The position numbers were made by a program, and so were the translations under genes. The notes beneath the pieces were generated by a model. The model saw only the letters and a program-made list of their open reading frames with translations. It made no database searches and was not told the DNA's origin. Shown in pieces: positions 27,173 to 36,602 of a stretch of 58,347 bases of DNA. The stretch spans positions 1 through 58,347 of the IMG/VR virus record IMGVR_UViG_3300009103_001673. One strand, 5' to 3'. Each line of letters starts with the position of its first letter. The first letter of the stretch is position 1. Origin of the DNA: a virus (taxonomy: Duplodnaviria; Caudoviricetes).

Positions 27173-27870
27173 AACTTAATTTCTTCAATGTGACCACAGC
27201 TTCCGCATTTGAACTCTATATCCTTGTACATCTTTGGAATCGTAATAAAGAAGTGTTCTATCTTCTTGAATTGATCCGGGGTTAGTCTTTCAAGAAATTC
27301 TTGCAATTCGTCTGGTGTGTGGTCTGTGTTGTTATACACGTTTTCTTCATCATAAATTTGATCAATACATTTTGCAATAAGATCAAACGCAACAACGGAG
27401 TGTGTTCCTCCTGATAGGTCAGATATTTTTGTCATCATGTCTATGTCGGGATATGACATAACAATTCCAACAGAATTTGTGAGTTGGATTTTGGGATCAT
27501 GTGTCGGATCTTTTTTAATTTTAATTGTATTTACATCAATTTCAATTTCAGTTGGTTTGCATTTTTTCTCGTCATCATTTTTATGAATATAGTTGGTTTT
27601 TATGGTATCTCCCATTGATTTTCCGCGCAAATTCAGCAAGATATACTCAATGTCAAATAACGGAAGTTTATCTACATCTATATTTTTTGTGAGAATGCAA
27701 TTATTGACAATCTGTTTAATTGAAGTTGTAATTTCTTTATTATCCTCTCCTTCCATTGCCATCAAAAGAATTTTTTCCTCTTTTACAAGAAAAGGTCTGT
27801 ATGAAATTTTCTTATTGTTTGACGGCAACTTCAATTCATAAATCGGCACATCAAGTTTCGGTAAAGCCAT
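27145..27870 (-). CDS. gp26: Baseplate hub assembly protein gp26-like
   Basis: MALPKL..P.YEL.LPS, YRPFLVKEEKILLMA, FDIEYILLNLRGKS, CxxC, LEGLASFF. Confidence 0.9.
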   Translation of the reverse strand: MALPKLDVPIYELKLPSNNKKISYRPFLVKEEKILLMAMEGEDNKEITTSIKQIVNNCILTKNIDVDKLPLFDIEYILLNLRGKSMGDTIKTNYIHKNDDEKKCKPTEIEIDVNTIKIKKDPTHDPKIQLTNSVGIVMSYPDIDMMTKISDLSGGTHSVVAFDLIAKCIDQIYDEENVYNNTDHTPDELQEFLERLTPDQFKKIEHFFITIPKMYKDIEFKCGSCGHIEEIKLEGLASFFG

Positions 27871-27889
27871 TATTCAATATCTCCTTATT

Positions 27890-28648
27890 TTATCTTTTGC
27901 CATCATATAGCATAGTAGAATCATCTGGATCGTTCTGTTGATATCCAGACAATGAACTCTTTCTTTTCTTTAAATTTCTCCCAAAAGAAATTCCTTGACC
28001 AATTTTACTCATTAGTTGGCCATCTGCTCGGGACCACAAAGCAACTCCGGTTTTTTCTAAGGCACCAGCAATATCAAAATTTGGAAATAGATCATTTACT
28101 CTTAGAAAGCTTCCAAATGGGCTTAGACTTAATGGTTCTTCTCTCCAATATCTATATGCCATTGTTACCTGAAGCTGGTGGAAACTGTCTTTTGTTGCCC
28201 AGTCTAGTTGAAGTGGAGCAACCATTACAGGATAGGCATCAATAAGTTTTACACTATGAGTAATTTCTCCATCTGTATTATATTGTTCTACAATCATATC
28301 TGTCACATAGTCATCAAAATAACTGAATTCGCTTGACGAAGAATTATCCTGAATATAAGATTGCCACTCTTGAAACAATTCTTTTATTCCCATGTCTTCT
28401 TGGCAATATAAGCTAAGAACAATGTCATCATAAATGCTTTGATATGGAATTTTTCTGATGGGTCCGTGTGTTGTAATTTCATTTGTGGCAAATGCTCTGC
28501 CGGGAAATTGTGCCTGATTACACAAAAGAGATAGCAATCTTGAACCATCTGAATCTAAAATCGCACCACTCATCAATACTCTAAAGTTTGCAGGAGAAGC
28601 CAGATGGCCGCCAATTCTTGATTTAAATTCGTTTACGTTGAATGCCAT
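27890..28648 (-). CDS. Tail-tube-fold baseplate protein (gp54/gp19-like)
   Basis: LC..AQFPG, KIPY..IYDD, FQEWQ, L.DAYP, VTMAYRYW. Confidence 0.75.
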   Translation of the reverse strand: MAFNVNEFKSRIGGHLASPANFRVLMSGAILDSDGSRLLSLLCNQAQFPGRAFATNEITTHGPIRKIPYQSIYDDIVLSLYCQEDMGIKELFQEWQSYIQDNSSSSEFSYFDDYVTDMIVEQYNTDGEITHSVKLIDAYPVMVAPLQLDWATKDSFHQLQVTMAYRYWREEPLSLSPFGSFLRVNDLFPNFDIAGALEKTGVALWSRADGQLMSKIGQGISFGRNLKKRKSSLSGYQQNDPDDSTMLYDGKR

Positions 28649-29298
28649 TAGCCTACCTTTCTTCCTTTTCTATATTTCTTTCGCGTGTCCATCCAGACTT
28701 TTCTTTTGCTAGTTCCAACAAATCTTTCTAACGGCAAAAACAAGGCAATTTCCCATTCTTCTGGAGGTATTTCCATATAACGTGATGTTACCTGTTCAAA
28801 TAGATATTTTTTTACACACGGCCTAAAGTATTTATACTTGGCAGACCGTTTTAGTGTATTATATCCATTATTAAAAAGTCTTAATCTTGTGTGTTTGTCC
28901 ATGTTTTCGTCTGTTCGCAATTCATATAAATTGTCCATTAACAACGCTCTCCATATGTGAGGAAGATAATGAAGATTGATTCCAGTAAATCCATCTGCAT
29001 GTGCTTCAAATGGAAATATTAATGGAAAAGAATCATAAAATGGCATTGTTTCTGCGTGTTTTGCTTCATATTCAAACATGAACATCTTGCCGAGCATCAT
29101 TCTTCCTCTGAGAGATGGCTTCATTCTTTGATTGTCGCGCCCAATTTTTAAGATTCTTGTTGAATTGACTCCCCTAAGATTACGAGATCTGATTGCTTTT
29201 TGTCGATACCATTCTCGTGCTTCAAATGTATCTTGAGGTATGGTTCCTCTTTTTACTTGAGATTCTATGATGGTTCTGAAGTTTTTTTTCTTTGCCAT
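28648..29298 (-). CDS. gp2: DNA end protector protein gp2
   Basis: GKMFMFEYEAKH...PFYDSFPL, GINLHYLP, PCVKKYL, FLPLERF. Confidence 0.92.
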   Translation of the reverse strand: MAKKKNFRTIIESQVKRGTIPQDTFEAREWYRQKAIRSRNLRGVNSTRILKIGRDNQRMKPSLRGRMMLGKMFMFEYEAKHAETMPFYDSFPLIFPFEAHADGFTGINLHYLPHIWRALLMDNLYELRTDENMDKHTRLRLFNNGYNTLKRSAKYKYFRPCVKKYLFEQVTSRYMEIPPEEWEIALFLPLERFVGTSKRKVWMDTRKKYRKGRKVG

Positions 29299-29302
29299 AT
29301 AA

Positions 29303-29764
29303 TTATTTATGTCCTTTTGCAGATTTAATTATTCTGATGCCCTTTGATTTTAGTGTATCTTCGGTCCATATTTCAAAGTTCCATCCACGGTCTTTTGCAT
29401 ATTCTTCTGCATATTCCCATTTGGAAGTGTTCATTCCATAGGCATATACTTCTTTTATATATCTTGGTGTTTTTCTGGATTTTGTTTTTGGGGGTTTTGT
29501 TTGTCGTTTGGGCTTGATTTCGACTATGGTGGTTTTTCCGCTTGTGTATGTTATTTTTAAATCTGGATAATATTTATGTTTTCTTCCATCCGTTTTTGAT
29601 ACATATGGGATTAATAATTCTTCACTGCTCCAACGTAATACTTCTGGATTTTCGTCACACCATTTGAATGCCTGTCGCTCCCATAAAGACCTATATGTGA
29701 TATTGGAAAAATTGCCTTCATATTTGTGTGAATTTTTTGGTTTCCATCGCCCTTTGTATGCCAT
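29303..29764 (-). CDS. gp4: Head completion protein gp4 (TnsA-like nuclease fold)
   Basis: YKGRWKPKN..KY.G, YRSLWE, WSSEE, YYPD, EIKP..QT. Confidence 0.93.
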   Translation of the reverse strand: MAYKGRWKPKNSHKYEGNFSNITYRSLWERQAFKWCDENPEVLRWSSEELLIPYVSKTDGRKHKYYPDLKITYTSGKTTIVEIKPKRQTKPPKTKSRKTPRYIKEVYAYGMNTSKWEYAEEYAKDRGWNFEIWTEDTLKSKGIRIIKSAKGHK

Positions 29765-29779
29765 ATATTATGTATCTCG

Positions 29780-29818
29780 CCTAAATAAATATAGTTATTG
29801 TATTCTCTTATATTTAGA
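29780..29818. promoter_or_regulatory. Divergent T4-type late promoter boxes
   Basis: CCTAAATAAATA on plus (29780-29791) and TCTAAATA on minus (29811-29818) between divergent gp4 and gp48. Confidence 0.6.
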
Positions 29819-29833
29819 TAAAAGGAAAATAAT

Positions 29834-31153
29834 ATGCCTGTTAAAGAGATTGGTAGTTCAATTATTAATAATTTAACTTCCGGGTTTGGTAGTGCCCGAG
29901 GCCCTACCGCAGATTTATTTAACAACAAGCATGGATATGAGTCTTTTAGTTTTCCTTCTGATATCGAGGGAATTGGTCAAAGACACTTTCTTCGTTTTAA
30001 TGTTATAACAAAAGATGGTGCTTATTTTGAGACTGCTGGTGGAGGAAGAGATTCAGAGCAAGCACAAGAAAGCACAACTGGAGAATTTCTTGGTGGTCTT
30101 GTTTCTGGACTAGTTGGAGATGCAATTGGTGGCTCCGTTGGTGGCTTTGGCGGCGGCCTTGCTGGAAGTCTTGCCACAAATGTATTGGATCAAACAGGAA
30201 TTGGTGCCGCATTAGATACAGGAATTAGTGCTGCCACTGGTGCAGCCGCTGATCTTCTTGGTGCTGGCCTTGGCGCTGCCGCAGATTTGGCTGGTGGGGC
30301 TGCTGATCTTTTTGCTGGTGCCATTGGTGGAATTTTGCCAGATACAGTTGAAACAACTTTTGGAAAATTAAATTTAAGTGCAGAAGCATTCCGAAATGCA
30401 ATTGCAGAAACAGTTCCCATTTCTCAAGATGCATTGAGCGGGATTGGTGATTTCCCTGGAAGCATTGGTGGTGTTCCGGCAGAGTTTTCTACCCCGTCTG
30501 GAGGAACCAAAAAAAGTGAAGCTGATATTGTATTGTATGTGCCATTTGCCCTCAATGAAACATATCAGGCAAACTGGACTGGTGGTGACATGGGACTTAT
30601 TGGAATGGCACTTGCAACTGCCGGAGGTGGTCTGGATGCGGCAATAGCACAGGCAACAAATATGTCTAATTTAAAGGGTGCTGCCGCAGAAGTTGGCGGA
30701 AAGATTGCTGGGCAAGTATTGGGAAATCCAAATATTGAAAAAAAGGCACTGAAGATGCAAGGAAAATCAATTAATCCATATTTTGAATTGTTTTTTGAAA
30801 GTGTTGCTCCTCGAACATTCTCTTTTGATTTTAAAATGTCACCAAGAAATGCACAAGAATCTGAAGCAATTCAAAATATTGTTCGTGCTTTTAAAACATT
30901 TGCTGCTCCCCCCGGAGGTCATGGCGAATCGTTAAGATATTGGGGATATCCTTCCATGTTTGAAATTGAATATTGGAATGTGGACAAAATTCATAAATTG
31001 AAGCCATGTGCATTGCAAAATATTACCATCAATTATGCTGGAGCCGGAACCAATCATACTTTTTATGATGGCACGCCAATTCAGACTGATATGACATTAA
31101 CCTTCATGGAAAGCGAACTTCTCACTCGTGGAGCAATGAAAGATGGGTATTAA
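29834..31153 (+). CDS. gp48: Baseplate tail tube cap gp48 with Gly/Ala/Leu-rich insertion
   Basis: INPYFELFF....RTFSFDFKMSPRN..ES, YPSMFEI, LTFMESELLTR. Confidence 0.88.
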   Translation: MPVKEIGSSIINNLTSGFGSARGPTADLFNNKHGYESFSFPSDIEGIGQRHFLRFNVITKDGAYFETAGGGRDSEQAQESTTGEFLGGLVSGLVGDAIGGSVGGFGGGLAGSLATNVLDQTGIGAALDTGISAATGAAADLLGAGLGAAADLAGGAADLFAGAIGGILPDTVETTFGKLNLSAEAFRNAIAETVPISQDALSGIGDFPGSIGGVPAEFSTPSGGTKKSEADIVLYVPFALNETYQANWTGGDMGLIGMALATAGGGLDAAIAQATNMSNLKGAAAEVGGKIAGQVLGNPNIEKKALKMQGKSINPYFELFFESVAPRTFSFDFKMSPRNAQESEAIQNIVRAFKTFAAPPGGHGESLRYWGYPSMFEIEYWNVDKIHKLKPCALQNITINYAGAGTNHTFYDGTPIQTDMTLTFMESELLTRGAMKDGY

Positions 31154-31157
31154 TTAA

Positions 31158-31802
31158 ATGCCATACGCCAAATATTTTAATTATCTTCCTACAGTTCCCT
31201 ATGAAACATTTGATGGCACGAATCGTTATAAAGTTGTCACTGATATTTTTAAAAGAACTAGGGCAACTCTGGAGGCAAGAACAGACAAAGCTATTTTTTA
31301 TAATTATCGAGTTTTAGAGGGCCAATTACCCGAACATGTGGCATACAATTATTATGGTTCGGCAGATTATCATTGGGTGGCTCTTTTGATGAATGAAATT
31401 AGAGATCCCCAGTGGTGCTGGCCTCTGGATTCTTTTACGTTTGAACGATTTATTATAAACAAATATGGAAGTATGGAAACAGCATCTACTCAGGTTCTTT
31501 ATCACGAAACAAAAGAATTAAAAGCACGCGCAACTGATGACAATTATACTGAGGGAGATATTGTTTTAAATTCTGGAATTAGGTGTAACTCTGATTTTAG
31601 TTATTCATATACAGGAACAGTGGATGGAAATCTTCCTGGGCAAACATATGAGTTTACTTCAGATCAGGCAGTAAATACAATTTATGCATTGAATTATGAA
31701 GAAGAACAAAATAATAAAAGAGCAGATATTATTTTACTTCGTAGAAATTTGCTTTTTGAATTTGTTGAAACTTTTGAAAATCTTGTTGTCGAAAAAAGGT
31801 AA
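31158..31802 (+). CDS. gp53: Baseplate wedge protein gp53
   Basis: YFNYLP, PEHVAYNYYGS..YHWVALLMN.I.DP...WPL. Confidence 0.9.
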   Translation: MPYAKYFNYLPTVPYETFDGTNRYKVVTDIFKRTRATLEARTDKAIFYNYRVLEGQLPEHVAYNYYGSADYHWVALLMNEIRDPQWCWPLDSFTFERFIINKYGSMETASTQVLYHETKELKARATDDNYTEGDIVLNSGIRCNSDFSYSYTGTVDGNLPGQTYEFTSDQAVNTIYALNYEEEQNNKRADIILLRRNLLFEFVETFENLVVEKR

Positions 31803-31807
31803 AATTT

Positions 31808-33124
31808 ATGGAAGAAGGATTTTCTAATGACAGTAATAGAGGTGGTGGTGATGTAATTGTTTCTAAATGTAATGTCATTTCTTCAAGTGGAAAGCAGTTA
31901 AAGGATATTTCTGAAAAAGCGTGGAATTCCATAACATATACTGAGAGTATGGGTTTGTTGACCGGAGATCCACAATTTATATCAGGGGAAATTGTTATTA
32001 ATGATCAAATTGATATTTTTAACGAAATGGCATTGGTTGGGGATGAAGTGGTGGAGCTTAGATTTAATACACCTCAAAAAAAAGAAATTAATTTTGTTGG
32101 AAAGGTCTATAATGTTGGAGTTGTTCGGCCCGATGATAAAACCAGACTTGTCAAATTAAAGTTTTGTTCGGCTGAAAAGATTACAGCAGATCAAATAACA
32201 ATTAATCGAGCATATCGAGAAGTTTTATATTCGGACATGGCAAAGGATGTATTTACTCCATTGAATGTAATTGGAAGCAAGAAACTTTATGTAGAACCAA
32301 CAAAAAATAAGGGGAGTATTATTATAAACAACAAAAGCCCACTTGATGTTCTTAATTCAATTGCAAAGGTATCTCGCTCGGCTGAATATATGGGCGCAAA
32401 TTACGTTTTATTTGAACAATCTGATGGTTTTTTTAAATTTGCTTCAATAGAAAGTCTTATTGATCCATCAAGTGTATCTCCGGCAATAAGTTATGTCATA
32501 GATGCTCCTTCTGGAGAAAAAAACGACCTCAGAAAATTAGTGGGTGTCAAAAAATGGAAAGTAATAACTTTTCCAAATGTTGTTTCGAGTGTTAAGGGTG
32601 GTGTTTATGGATCAACTATGGTCAGCCACGATTTGATGAAACGAAAGGTTGCATACACAACTTTTAATTATGACGAATCTTACAATCAATTTAAATCAGT
32701 AAATTACAATCAGGTTGGTTCGGGCCAAGGAAAAACTTCGTTGACAAATAACAAAACATATAGTGAGAGAAATGGTGGTTTTGTTAAATTTTTACCAAAG
32801 CATTTTAAGTCCTTTGATACAGAAAAAAATTATAATGATGAAAGAGAAGAATCTGAGCTAATAAGAAATTCACAACTTCGTCAGATTAATTCAATTCGAT
32901 TGATGATTATTGTTCCTGGGGATAGCCAAAGACGAGTAGGAGAAGTAATAAAACTGAAAGTTCCTACTGCCGAAGAAAAAGGCGGCAAGCTCGATGAAAT
33001 TATGTCTGGAAGATATTTAATTTCTAAAATTAAACATGTGGTTGGTTCGGAGCCAAATGCTTATAATACTGCAATGGAAATAGTTGCTGATTCTTTCACA
33101 AACCCACTTCCAACAAAGGCATAA
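31808..33124 (+). CDS. Baseplate hub / tail protein (gp27-like position)
   Basis: VPGDS..RVGEVI, MSGRYLISKIKH; between gp53 and gp5. Confidence 0.7.
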   Translation: MEEGFSNDSNRGGGDVIVSKCNVISSSGKQLKDISEKAWNSITYTESMGLLTGDPQFISGEIVINDQIDIFNEMALVGDEVVELRFNTPQKKEINFVGKVYNVGVVRPDDKTRLVKLKFCSAEKITADQITINRAYREVLYSDMAKDVFTPLNVIGSKKLYVEPTKNKGSIIINNKSPLDVLNSIAKVSRSAEYMGANYVLFEQSDGFFKFASIESLIDPSSVSPAISYVIDAPSGEKNDLRKLVGVKKWKVITFPNVVSSVKGGVYGSTMVSHDLMKRKVAYTTFNYDESYNQFKSVNYNQVGSGQGKTSLTNNKTYSERNGGFVKFLPKHFKSFDTEKNYNDEREESELIRNSQLRQINSIRLMIIVPGDSQRRVGEVIKLKVPTAEEKGGKLDEIMSGRYLISKIKHVVGSEPNAYNTAMEIVADSFTNPLPTKA

Positions 33125-33127
33125 AAA

Positions 33128-34291
33128 ATGAGCACATATGGAGATTTTCATTGGTGGGAAGGGGTTGTCGAAGATAATCTTGATCCTATGGGTGCAGGAA
33201 GATGTAAGGTTCGTGTGGTTGCACATAATTCTCCTTTGAAAGAAGATTTGGCTACTGTTGAGCTTCCCTGGGCATATCCTGTTATGCCATTAAATAATCC
33301 ACATGGAAAAATTGTTGCTCTCAAGCCAGGGACACATGTTACTGGTTTTTATAGAGATGGTTCTTCTGGTCAAGATTTAGTAATGCTTGGAACAATCAAC
33401 ACAGGATATGGAACTGCCTTGGGTTTTGATGAAGAATCGCCTCCTGTGGACGCAATTAATCTTGCCGAACCTGTTCCGAGAGTTGGCGAAATTGGTTTTG
33501 TCGATGATCGTGCAGGAACGGGCAGCCCAATTGAAAATCAACCACAAAAAACAATTGTGTCCGCAGAAGATGGAAAAATTACTCATGAAAATAGATCTGA
33601 TTATGGTCCGTTGGTGGTCAATGAAATTAATACACCAAGGTTGACACGAGGGTTGTTAGAAGGAACAATCACAGAGGCACATTCACAGGCATTAACTTCT
33701 GTCATGACAACAGAAGGAAATGAGATTCCTGAACCAGAAACTCCTTTTGCTGCATTGTATCCATATAATACAGTGGAAGAATCTGATAGCGGGCATCTTC
33801 GTGAAGTGGATGATACTCCAGGGTCAGAGAGAATAAAAGAAACTCACAGAACAGGAACATTTTATGAGATTCATCCCGATGGCACAAAAGTTACCAAGGT
33901 AGTCAAAGATGATTTTTCTGTTACCATTGGGGACAAGGGAGTCAAAGTTGATGGCATTTGTGCAGTTCATGTTGTTGGCCAGGCAGATTTTTATTGTGAA
34001 AGTGACGTTAAGATAAAAACTGATATGAATGCACAGGTCGATGTGACGAAAAATGCAGACATTAATGTAACAGAAAATGCCGACATAGATGTAGGTCAAA
34101 ATTTGACAGCCACAGCAGGTGGGCTTGCAAAAGTTATTGGTATGAGTGGAGTAGATATTGTGGCTGGCGGAACCATGAAAGTTATGGCTACTGGTGAAAT
34201 TACATTTGCAGATGCATCTGGAACTGCTGCAAATATTGATGAATTGCAAAAGGATATTGATGAGGGAAGGCGAGTTGATGACCAATTTTAG
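33128..34291 (+). CDS. gp5: Baseplate spike gp5 (OB fold + beta-helix, no lysozyme domain)
   Basis: WWEGVVED..DP...GRCKVRV, LPWA, YPYN.V.ES.SGH..EVDDTPG.ERI...HRTGTFYEIHPDG. Confidence 0.9.
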   Translation: MSTYGDFHWWEGVVEDNLDPMGAGRCKVRVVAHNSPLKEDLATVELPWAYPVMPLNNPHGKIVALKPGTHVTGFYRDGSSGQDLVMLGTINTGYGTALGFDEESPPVDAINLAEPVPRVGEIGFVDDRAGTGSPIENQPQKTIVSAEDGKITHENRSDYGPLVVNEINTPRLTRGLLEGTITEAHSQALTSVMTTEGNEIPEPETPFAALYPYNTVEESDSGHLREVDDTPGSERIKETHRTGTFYEIHPDGTKVTKVVKDDFSVTIGDKGVKVDGICAVHVVGQADFYCESDVKIKTDMNAQVDVTKNADINVTENADIDVGQNLTATAGGLAKVIGMSGVDIVAGGTMKVMATGEITFADASGTAANIDELQKDIDEGRRVDDQF

Positions 34292-34294
34292 TTG

Positions 34295-34302
34295 CCTAAA
34301 TA
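34295..34302 (+). promoter_or_regulatory. T4-type late promoter box
   Basis: CCTAAATA in intergenic gap before AAGGAGG RBS of gp25. Confidence 0.55.
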
Positions 34303-34321
34303 ATAGAAGGAGGATTGTGTT

Positions 34322-34711
34322 TTGCCAATAGCAAAAAGATGGGCAGATCTGGATTTAGATTTTGGAGCACATCCAAATACTGGAAAATTAACAGTAAAGC
34401 AGGATGCCGAGGCAATTGTTCGTGCAGTTCGCTATTTGTTGATGACCAATTTTTATGAGCGACCTTTTCATCCAGAAATAGGTTCTAATTTGACCAAGCA
34501 ATTGTTTGAGCCAATGACATATGCAACAGTATTAAGAATAAGAGATTCTATTGTTGAATGCCTAAATAATTTTGAACCAAGAGTAGATTTAACAGACATC
34601 AAGGTTGATTCAAAACCAGATTTAAATGCATATTTGGTTGAGCTTACATTTTTTATTATAAACGAAGAAGTAGAACGAACAGCAACCTTTTTACTGGAAA
34701 GAACAAGATAA
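34322..34711 (+). CDS. gp25: Baseplate wedge protein gp25
   Basis: DLDLDF..HP, ERPFHPEIGS...LFEP, FEPRV; TTG start with AAGGAGG. Confidence 0.93.
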   Translation: MPIAKRWADLDLDFGAHPNTGKLTVKQDAEAIVRAVRYLLMTNFYERPFHPEIGSNLTKQLFEPMTYATVLRIRDSIVECLNNFEPRVDLTDIKVDSKPDLNAYLVELTFFIINEEVERTATFLLERTR

Positions 34712-36580
34712 ATGCCAGACTATACAACGACCACAAATAAATTAAAAATTACAGAACTTGATTTTGATAATATTAAAACAGCATTGAAATCTTATCTTGA
34801 AGGTCAGGATGATTTTAAAGATTATAATTTTGATGGTTCGGCCATGAGTATTTTGTTGGATGTTCTTGCATACAACACTCATTATAATGGGTTTTATACA
34901 AATATGCTCGCAAGTGAAATGTTTTTGGATAGTGCAACTCTTCGATCTTCTATTGTGTCACTCGCAAAACATCTCGGTTATACTCCATCTTCTCGAAGAG
35001 GTGCTTTTGTTGAGCTTGACCTTGTTTTTACTGGAGCAACGTCTGAAATAACAATACCAAAAAATGCAAAATTTACCTCCAAAATTGGTTCTGACAATTA
35101 TACTTTTCTTGCCACGCAGGCTCGTACTGCAAAACTTGATGTTAATGATGGGTTATATAAGGCATTAAATGTTGAAGCGAAAGAGGGTGTTGCCTTTGGT
35201 ATTTCTTATTCTGTAAAGGGAACAACAAATGAAATATTTGAAATTCCAAATGAAAATATAGATATATCCACATTAAATGTTGCGGTTGCTGGTGATGTTT
35301 ATGTAAGGGCAGATGATATTACTGAAGTAACCGCCACGTCAAAAATATATTTTCTTCAAGAAGGAAATCAAAACAAATATGAAATTTATTTTGGCGATGG
35401 GTTTATTGGAAAGAAGCCAAATGTAAATGATTTGGTTGAAATTACTTATTCGGCTTCTCAGCTAGGGTCTGATGGAAATGGCGCAACAAAATTTTCTGTT
35501 GCAGAAACTTTGTCTGGGGCAACTTCGGTTGCGGTTACTCTTGCGCCGGGAGAAACAAGATCTTCTGGTGGTGCAGAGCGAGAAACGACAAGTTCAATCC
35601 GAAATCAGGCACCAAAACAATATGGTTTGCAAAAAAGAATTGTTACTGCAAATGATTATAAAACAAGATTGGAAAATGATTACAATATAGTAGATTCTGT
35701 TCGTGTTTGGGGAGGAGAAGAAAATAATCCTCCTAAGTATGGAACAGTTTTTGTGTGCATTAAACCGAAAACTGGATTTGTTCTTTCAAATTTAGAGAAA
35801 CAACGTATTGGTGAAGATATTTTAAAAAAGAGAAATATTGTAACTGTAACTCCTGAATTTGTTGACCCAAATTATCTTTTTATAATTATTGATGCAAAAA
35901 TTGCATATGATCCAAGAAAAACAACAAGAACTGCCGAACAAATTAAAAGTTTGGCAAGGAGTGCAATTCTAAATTATAGTACAACAAGTCTTGGTAAATT
36001 TGATCAATATTTTCGTTATTCTAAATTAATGAGAATCATTGATGATTCTGAACTTGGAATCACAAATAGCAATATGACCATTGCAATGAAAAAGAGAATT
36101 AAACCAGTTCTCAGGGTTGAAGGAACATATAGACTCTTTTTTGATAATCCCATATATAGACCACATGAAGGACACATTAATGTAATTCAATCATCTTTAT
36201 TTACATATAGAGGTGTGCCAAATTGTATGATTATTGATAGAGATGGTTATTTAATGATTGTTGGCAGTCAAAATTCTTATGGAAATTTGTCACCCACTAG
36301 TCCCTCTGTTGGCCCCCCTATTTCAATAGGTGGAGTAATTGTAGAAGAAAATAGCAATGTTGGTGAGATTGATTATGAAACTGGTGAAATGTTGATTAGA
36401 AAATTTAGGCCTAATTCTATTAATGATGGTTCTAATTATATTTACTTTTCGGCAAAACCTAGAATTCAAGATATTATTCCAAAACAAAATACTATTGTTA
36501 CGATTGAACCTAATGATATTACATTGACTTGTATTGATGACACAGATAGAGTTGTTGAAGATAAAGTTCGTGGATATTAA
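34712..36580 (+). CDS. gp6: Baseplate wedge protein gp6
   Basis: ELDFDNIK, DYNFDGS, LAYNTHY, EMFLDSA, YFGDG, VWGGEEN.PP.YG. Confidence 0.95.
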   Translation: MPDYTTTTNKLKITELDFDNIKTALKSYLEGQDDFKDYNFDGSAMSILLDVLAYNTHYNGFYTNMLASEMFLDSATLRSSIVSLAKHLGYTPSSRRGAFVELDLVFTGATSEITIPKNAKFTSKIGSDNYTFLATQARTAKLDVNDGLYKALNVEAKEGVAFGISYSVKGTTNEIFEIPNENIDISTLNVAVAGDVYVRADDITEVTATSKIYFLQEGNQNKYEIYFGDGFIGKKPNVNDLVEITYSASQLGSDGNGATKFSVAETLSGATSVAVTLAPGETRSSGGAERETTSSIRNQAPKQYGLQKRIVTANDYKTRLENDYNIVDSVRVWGGEENNPPKYGTVFVCIKPKTGFVLSNLEKQRIGEDILKKRNIVTVTPEFVDPNYLFIIIDAKIAYDPRKTTRTAEQIKSLARSAILNYSTTSLGKFDQYFRYSKLMRIIDDSELGITNSNMTIAMKKRIKPVLRVEGTYRLFFDNPIYRPHEGHINVIQSSLFTYRGVPNCMIIDRDGYLMIVGSQNSYGNLSPTSPSVGPPISIGGVIVEENSNVGEIDYETGEMLIRKFRPNSINDGSNYIYFSAKPRIQDIIPKQNTIVTIEPNDITLTCIDDTDRVVEDKVRGY

Positions 36581-36602
36581 CATCGGGAGAAAATGATATA
36601 TT

